Below, in pieces: positions 58,477-64,000 of a stretch of 64,000 nucleotides of DNA. The notes under the pieces are model-generated. The model was not told the DNA's origin. It was given only the letters and a program-made list of their open reading frames with translations, and did not search any database. The first letter of the stretch is position 1, and each line of letters opens with the position of its first letter. This DNA comes from Pseudodesulfovibrio sp. Lineage in GTDB: Bacteria; Desulfobacterota; Desulfovibrionia; Desulfovibrionales; Desulfovibrionaceae. The DNA lies in assembly GCF_028692895.1 (NCBI RefSeq), contig NZ_JAQUWN010000004.1, forward strand, positions 23,660-87,659, given 5' to 3'. A program made the translations under genes and the position numbers.

Positions 58477-59364
58477 TCAGCGCCGGTTCAGGCCAACCTC
58501 CAGCCGCCGCACGGCCAGGGAGCACAGGAACGTCAGGACGAAGTAGAGTACGAACACCACGATCCATACCTCGAAGCTCAGGTAGGTGGTGGTCATGATC
58601 TGCTGGCCCTGGAAGGTCAATTCCTCGATGGAAATGACGGACACGATGGCCGAGTCCTTGACGATTGATATAAACTGTCCGGCCAGGGCTGGCAACATGC
58701 GCGTCAGCGCCTGGGGCAGGACCACGTGGCGCAGGGCCTTCGCCCGGCTCATGCCCAGGCCGGTGGCCGCCTCCCACTGGCCCTTTTCCACGGATTCCAC
58801 GCCCGCCCGGACGATCTCGGCGATGTACGCCCCCTCGAACAGGGCAAGGGTCAGCACGGCCGAGAGGAACTGCGGGAATCTGCCCATGGGGCCGAAGAGC
58901 CAGGAGAGGGCGTCCTTACTCCCCGGCGCGAGGGCGTGGATGGCGTCCGCCACGCCGAGGAGCTGCATGATCTGGTCGCCAACGAAAAAGTAGAAGATGA
59001 AGATGAGGACCAGGGGCGGGGTGTTGCGGATCAGCCCCACGTAGGTCCCGGCCAGTTGGCGGCGGAACAGGCGCGGGCTGACCCGCATCAGCCCCACGCC
59101 CAGCCCGGCCAGGGTGGCCAGGACCCCGGCCCACAGGCTGAGCCGGATGGTGGTGAAGAGCCCCTGCGCCAGCAGCCCGGGCCGCCACGAGCCGGTGGCC
59201 GCGTCGTAGCGCACCAGGAACTGGGGCACGGCCTCCCACCGCCAGTGGTAGTTCAGGCCCACCGCAGCGCGGTAGAGGCAATAGCCCGCCACGCCCGCCA
59301 GCGCCGCCAGGATGGCGATGTCCGGCAGGGTGAGGCGGATTCCTGTTTTCTTCTGTGCTGGCAA
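58477..59364 (-). CDS. amino acid ABC transporter permease (His/Glu/Gln/Arg/opine family)
   Basis: EAA loop GQWEAATGLGMSRAKALRHVVLPQA. Confidence 0.9.
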   Translation of the reverse strand: MPAQKKTGIRLTLPDIAILAALAGVAGYCLYRAAVGLNYHWRWEAVPQFLVRYDAATGSWRPGLLAQGLFTTIRLSLWAGVLATLAGLGVGLMRVSPRLFRRQLAGTYVGLIRNTPPLVLIFIFYFFVGDQIMQLLGVADAIHALAPGSKDALSWLFGPMGRFPQFLSAVLTLALFEGAYIAEIVRAGVESVEKGQWEAATGLGMSRAKALRHVVLPQALTRMLPALAGQFISIVKDSAIVSVISIEELTFQGQQIMTTTYLSFEVWIVVFVLYFVLTFLCSLAVRRLEVGLNRR

Positions 59365-59376
59365 CGGGGCGCCTGG

Positions 59377-60225
59377 CTACTGGACCTGGGATTCCCAGTC
59401 GTGGGTGAAGAACCAGTAGTGGTAGCGGTTTTGCAGCCAGCCCTTGCTCATGTAGACCCGGACCCAGTTGTCGAGCCAGTTCAGGTAGTCCAGGTCGCCC
59501 TTGCGCACGGCAAAGGAGATGGGCTCGCGGGTGAAGTCGTCCTTGAGCGGCAGGTAGAGCTTGTCGGCGTATTCCTTGGCCAGGGTCATGGGCAGGGGGT
59601 TGGAGGCTACCAGGGCGTGGACCCGGCCGTTGAGCAGCTCCTGGATGGTCTGCGACTCGTCGTCGAAGAAGAGCTTCTTGGCGTTGGGCAGGAAGTTCTT
59701 GGTCGCCTCGGCCGCCGTGGTCCCCAGCCGGACGGCGATGGTCGTGTCCGGGTTGTCGAAGTCCGAAAGCCGGGTGCGGCCGCCCGCGATGGTGTTGTCG
59801 GCTACGATGGACATGCCGGAGAACTCGTAGGGGATGGAAAAGTTGACCTTGAGGTTGCGCTGCGGGGTCACTGTCATGCCGCCGATGATGACGTCGAACT
59901 TGCCGGTGAGGAGGGCGGGGATGATGCCCGACCACTTGGTGGGCACGAACTCGACCTGGACGCCCATGTCCTCGGCGATCTTGCGCGCCACATCGATCTC
60001 GAAGCCGACGTAGTTGCCGTCCTTGTCCTTCATGGCCCAGGGCTTGAAGGTGTCGAACCCGACCTTGATGGTGCCGCGCTTCAGGATGGTTTCGAGCTGG
60101 CTGGTGGCGCCCGCCCCGGTGGCGGCGGTCTTGGTTTCGTCCTTCTTGGGGGTCGGGCCGCAGCCCGCCGGGACGAGAGCGAGGGTCAGGATGGCCAGGG
60201 CGGCGATGATGCGCAGTGTCTTCAT
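59377..60225 (-). CDS. amino acid ABC transporter substrate-binding lipoprotein
   Basis: MKTLRIIAALAILTLALVPAGC lipobox, an AAGGAG RBS and SBP_bac_3-like motifs. Confidence 0.88.
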   Translation of the reverse strand: MKTLRIIAALAILTLALVPAGCGPTPKKDETKTAATGAGATSQLETILKRGTIKVGFDTFKPWAMKDKDGNYVGFEIDVARKIAEDMGVQVEFVPTKWSGIIPALLTGKFDVIIGGMTVTPQRNLKVNFSIPYEFSGMSIVADNTIAGGRTRLSDFDNPDTTIAVRLGTTAAEATKNFLPNAKKLFFDDESQTIQELLNGRVHALVASNPLPMTLAKEYADKLYLPLKDDFTREPISFAVRKGDLDYLNWLDNWVRVYMSKGWLQNRYHYWFFTHDWESQVQ

Positions 60226-60364
60226 GCGATGCTCCTTGGTTTCGGCTGACGCGCCGGTTTTGCAGGATGCCTGGGCAAAGGTGACGTGGGAGACGCCGAG
60301 GATGGCGATCATGATGCCACGGGCGGTGCGGAAGGCTCTCCAGATGGTCATGGGGTCCTCCAGG

Positions 60365-61189
60365 TTACGGGTTCGGCGGCCGGAAGCCGCCCAGACGTTT
60401 TTCCAGCATCCGCGCCACGCCCGACAAGGTCAGGGTGACGGCGAGATAGATGGCTGCGACGGTGAACCAGATTTCGAAGGTCAGGAAGGTTTCCGCGTCG
60501 ATCATCCGGCCGCGCTGGGTCAGGTCCAGGATGGCCACGGTGCTGACAAGAGCCGAGTCCTTGACCAGGGAGACCGCCTGGCTGGTCAGGGGCGGCAGCA
60601 CGCGCCGGACGGCCTGGGGCAGGATGATCCTGCGGTACATGACGGCGGGCGTCATGCCCAGGCTTTTGGCCGCCTCCCACTGCCCCCGGTCGATGGAGGT
60701 GATCCCGGCCCGGAATATCTCCGAGGCGTAGGCCCCCTCGAACAGGCTGAGGGAGATGATCGCGGCCCAGAAGCCGGACATGCCAAGGATGGGCGCGGCC
60801 ACGAAGTAGAGAAAGAAAAGCTGGATGAGCAGCGGGGTGTTGCGGATGATCTCCATGTAGGCGCGGGCCAGGCCCACGGCCACCACGGAGCGGGACATGC
60901 GCATCAGGGCCGTGGCCAGGCCCAGGGCGAGCATGAGGCCCATGCTCATGGCCGTGATCTCGAGCGTGACGCCCAGGCCCTTCATGAGGGGGCCCAAGAC
61001 GTAGCCGTCGGCTGTGTGGCGGAAGAGAAAGGGCGGGATGCGGTACCACTGCCAGTTGTAGCCCAGGCGCGCGGAGCCGGCGGCCAGCAGCCAGGCGATC
61101 CCGGCCATGACCAGAAGGTACTTCCCGGTGTCCAGGAGGACGGCGGGGGGGATGCGGCGGTGCGTGTTCGGGGTCTGTTCTATGTCCAT
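60365..61189 (-). CDS. amino acid ABC transporter permease
   Basis: EAA loop GQWEAAKSLGMTPAVMYRRIILPQA. Confidence 0.9.
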   Translation of the reverse strand: MDIEQTPNTHRRIPPAVLLDTGKYLLVMAGIAWLLAAGSARLGYNWQWYRIPPFLFRHTADGYVLGPLMKGLGVTLEITAMSMGLMLALGLATALMRMSRSVVAVGLARAYMEIIRNTPLLIQLFFLYFVAAPILGMSGFWAAIISLSLFEGAYASEIFRAGITSIDRGQWEAAKSLGMTPAVMYRRIILPQAVRRVLPPLTSQAVSLVKDSALVSTVAILDLTQRGRMIDAETFLTFEIWFTVAAIYLAVTLTLSGVARMLEKRLGGFRPPNP

Positions 61190-61279
61190 GAAGCCTTGTC
61201 GGTCAGAGGGTCCGGTTCGTGCTCGCGATTACAACATAACACTTTTTTCGCGCGAGGCCAGACTCCGGGTCGGAAACCG

Positions 61280-61921
61280 CTAGGCGTCCCCCGGCAGGGC
61301 TGCCTCGATGGCCTGCCGGATGCGCGAGAAGACCTCGTCCGGGGTGGCGGCCGCGTTGACGACCCGGATGCGGTTGCGGTTGAGCGCGGCCCAGGTCAGG
61401 TAGCCCTCGCGGATGCGCTTGTGGAAATTGAGGTGCTCGGCTTCGAACCGGCCCTCCTCCTTGGCCATGCCCTTTTCCAGGTTGCGCAGGGTGGCCCGCT
61501 TGAGCCCGATCTCCGGGTCGATGTCCAGGACGACGGTCAGGTCGGGCCACAGCCCGTCCACCGCCACCTCGTTGAGCTGCTTGAGGACCTTGGTGTCCAG
61601 CCCCCGGCCGTAGCCCTGGTAGACCACGGTGGAGTCGGCGAAGCGGTCGCAGAGCACGACCTTGCCTTCGTCCAGGGCCGGGCGGATGACCTGGGCTACG
61701 TGCTGGGCCCGGTCGGCTAGGTAGAGGAAGAGTTCTGTGACCGGGGTGAGGTCCTTGTTGTCCACGTGCAGGAGCATCTTGCGCAGCTCCCGGCCCACGC
61801 GGCTGCCGCCCGGCTCCCGGGTCAGGAAGACCTCGCGCCCCCTGGACTCGAAGTATTCCTTCACCTTGGCCACCTGCGTGGTCTTGCCCGTGCCCTCTAT
61901 GCCTTCAAAGGTAATAAACAT
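61280..61921 (-). CDS. tmk: dTMP kinase
   Basis: [17 protein letters not shown]-loop and the TREPGG motif. Confidence 0.93.
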   Translation of the reverse strand: MFITFEGIEGTGKTTQVAKVKEYFESRGREVFLTREPGGSRVGRELRKMLLHVDNKDLTPVTELFLYLADRAQHVAQVIRPALDEGKVVLCDRFADSTVVYQGYGRGLDTKVLKQLNEVAVDGLWPDLTVVLDIDPEIGLKRATLRNLEKGMAKEEGRFEAEHLNFHKRIREGYLTWAALNRNRIRVVNAAATPDEVFSRIRQAIEAALPGDA

Positions 61922-62931
61922 TGGTTCTCCGACTTGTCGTTTTTCTTTTTGCCCGAGTCCGGCGTGGCCGGGGCCCGGAAGACGTTGCGCTCCAGGAAGC
62001 GCAGGTAGGGGGACCACTGCGGGCCGGTCTTGTCCGTATCGTCGAAGGCCTGGTCGATGATCTTCAGTTTGGCGTCCATGTTGTCGGCAAAGTGGAGGAC
62101 GAAGGCCTCAGGGGTCTTGGGCCGCACAGGGGAACCGAATTCGTGTTCGCCGTGGTGGCTGAGGATGAGGTGCTTGAGGTGGAGCTTGAGGCCTGGGTCC
62201 AGCCCCTTGCATTTGTGCAGGAAGGGCTCCAGGGCCTCCTCGCCGAGGAGGATATGGCCCATGAGCCGCCCCTCGTCCGTGTAGTCGTTGGCCAGGCCGC
62301 CGGAGAGCTCCCAGGCCTTGCCCAGGTCGTGGAAGATGGCCCCGGCCAGGAGCACCTGGCGGTCGAGGTCCGGATAGACGTCGCACAGGGCCATGCAGGC
62401 GCGGGCCACCTGGAGCGTGTGCTCCAGCAGCCCGCCCACGTAGGCGTGGTGCACGGTCTTGGCGCCGGGCGCGGTCAGCAGCCTGCGCCGGATATCCTCG
62501 TCGCCCAAGACCTTGCGGCACAGGGCCTTCCACGGCGCATGCCGCATGTGCTGGGTGACGAGGTCCTCGATGGCCTCCATCAGTTCCTCGGGCGGAACGC
62601 GCGAGGCGGGCAGGAAATCCGAGAGGTCCACGTCCGCGGCGTCGATGAGGAGCAGGTTGTCCACCTTGAGCTGGGTGCGCTCGCGGTAATTTTCCACGAA
62701 TCCCTGGACCCGGCAGATGGCGCCGGGGTCAAGGGCGGGGTATTCCTGGCTCTTGGGGCTCCATATCTTGCCGTCCACCGTGCCGGTGGCGTCCTGGAAG
62801 GTCAGGTTCCAGTAGGGGCCGTTGCGGGACTGGGCCTGGTTGGCCTCGGCCAGGAGGAAGGTTTCGTCCACGGACGTTCCGGGCGTCAGGTCCCGGACAT
62901 ATTGCGACTTTCTTGCCACGAATCTTGCCAT
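61897..62931 (-). CDS. 3'-5' exoribonuclease YhaM-like protein (OB-fold plus HD domain)
   Basis: An N-terminal OB fold ([16 protein letters not shown]) and an HD domain ([11 protein letters not shown]...FHDLGK). It overlaps tmk by 25 nt. Confidence 0.85.
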   Translation of the reverse strand: MARFVARKSQYVRDLTPGTSVDETFLLAEANQAQSRNGPYWNLTFQDATGTVDGKIWSPKSQEYPALDPGAICRVQGFVENYRERTQLKVDNLLLIDAADVDLSDFLPASRVPPEELMEAIEDLVTQHMRHAPWKALCRKVLGDEDIRRRLLTAPGAKTVHHAYVGGLLEHTLQVARACMALCDVYPDLDRQVLLAGAIFHDLGKAWELSGGLANDYTDEGRLMGHILLGEEALEPFLHKCKGLDPGLKLHLKHLILSHHGEHEFGSPVRPKTPEAFVLHFADNMDAKLKIIDQAFDDTDKTGPQWSPYLRFLERNVFRAPATPDSGKKKNDKSENQCLLPLKA

Positions 62932-63057
62932 TGGGTTGCGGTTATTGTACTTCGCCCCTAACTTCGGAGCGCAACGGAGCGGGGAGCGGGACAAGCCCGC
63001 TTCCATGTTATGAACCTGATTTCACTTGGATTGTCAAATCCCGCGTAGGAGGGGTCC

Positions 63058-63819
63058 ATGAACATACTGCTGGCCAACGACGACGGCATACAGGCCGTGG
63101 GTCTGCGCGCGCTTTATCGCGCCCTGGTCGAGGCCGGGCACACGGTGCATGTGGTGGCCCCGGTCACCGAGCAATCGGCCGTGGGGCACGCGGTGACCCT
63201 GGCCATGCCGGTCAGGGTCAAGGAGTTCCGCGAGGACGGCTTCCATGGAAGGGGGGTCTACGGCACGCCGGTGGACTGCGTCAAGCTCGGGCTCTCGACC
63301 CTGCTGGACGAAACTCCCGATCTCGTCATCTCCGGCATCAACGCGGGGGCCAACGTGGGTGTGGACATCCTTTATTCGGGCACGGTCTCGGCCGCCACCG
63401 AGGGTGCGCTCATGGAGATTCCGTCCATGGCCGTGTCCATGGACCATTTCAACCCTTCGGACCTGAGCGGCCAGGCGCGATACACGGCCGGGCTGCTGCC
63501 GAGGATTCCCTGGGACGCGCTGCCGCCCAAGTGCGTGCTCAACCTGAATTTCCCCAACCGGCCCGTGGAGGAGGCGCTGGAGCTGGCCGTCTGCCCGCAC
63601 ACCCGCGCGTCCTACACCGATTGGTACGACACGCGGCAGGACCCGCGCGGCCGTCCCTATTACTGGCTGGACGGGGCCATCCCGCCCGAGCGCATCAGCC
63701 CGGACCGTGATCGCGCGCTGCTGACCAAGGGGCACATCACCCTCACGCCGCTGCGCTTCGACTTCACGGACCGTGAGACAATGGCGCTGCTGGGACAAAG
63801 TTTTGGGCGACTCCGTTGA
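63058..63819 (+). CDS. surE: 5'/3'-nucleotidase SurE
   Basis: MNILLANDDG...SGINAGAN..D..YSGTV motifs. Confidence 0.93.
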   Translation: MNILLANDDGIQAVGLRALYRALVEAGHTVHVVAPVTEQSAVGHAVTLAMPVRVKEFREDGFHGRGVYGTPVDCVKLGLSTLLDETPDLVISGINAGANVGVDILYSGTVSAATEGALMEIPSMAVSMDHFNPSDLSGQARYTAGLLPRIPWDALPPKCVLNLNFPNRPVEEALELAVCPHTRASYTDWYDTRQDPRGRPYYWLDGAIPPERISPDRDRALLTKGHITLTPLRFDFTDRETMALLGQSFGRLR

Positions 63820-63897
63820 CGGATTATCATTGCGAACGTATTCTTGAGAGCATTCAATTGTGCCAGGAAGGAAAAAGAACCATCAGGAGGCTCTGAC

Positions 63898-64000
63898 ATG
63901 GCGACGAAAATAGGCCTGAACGGATTTGGACGCATCGGTCGTTACATGGCCCGGCTGCTGGCCGGGGACAATGACCTGGAACTGGTGGCGGTCAATGCCC
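63898..64000 (+). CDS. gap: type I glyceraldehyde-3-phosphate dehydrogenase (3' end cut by window edge)
   Basis: [18 protein letters not shown]-binding start with an AGGAGG RBS. Confidence 0.88.
   Translation, partial: MATKIGLNGFGRIGRYMARLLAGDNDLELVAVNA

Overview
A 64 kb, high-GC (roughly 60-65% by eye) chromosomal segment. Its gene content and protein sequences look like a sulfate-reducing Desulfovibrionaceae-type deltaproteobacterium; the taxon is inference only. I found about 70 protein-coding genes, densely packed in several long co-directional operons, and most are housekeeping. They include clpS-clpA-aat, uvrB, ligA, dapB, cls, paaK-like plus ACT, rsfS-gpmI, rsmD-coaD-miaA, tatA, yggT-divIVA-DUF167, ilvBN and ilvC, thiL, trmO, a UvrD-type helicase, trmFO, metY, tmk, surE and the start of gap. 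There are also two methyl-accepting chemotaxis proteins, two MATE transporters and several ABC-transporter parts. I saw no rRNA, tRNA, CRISPR array, transposase or integrase, and no obvious prophage or defence island. All CDS calls rest on motifs I recognise in the supplied translations, plus RBS and start-codon inspection; no database search was possible. Because of the GC content, many very long antisense ORFs appear in the track, and I reject them. The most interesting unexplained items are: (1) a translationally coupled MATE / standalone DUF2156 (MprF-synthase-like) / alkaline-phosphatase-family trio; (2) an insulated lipoprotein trypsin-like protease plus TraT-family lipoprotein pair; (3) a three-gene operon of a Cys-rich protein, an unknown 266-aa protein and a HAD phosphatase; (4) two overlapping secreted LPP20/FlgT-like proteins; (5) an MCP with a Cache-like domain at its cytoplasmic C-terminus; (6) a perfect 28-bp inverted repeat with a third partial copy; (7) a K+ channel homologue with a TVGYME filter between uvrB and ligA. 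None of these is proven to be a new system; each is a hypothesis with stated tests.
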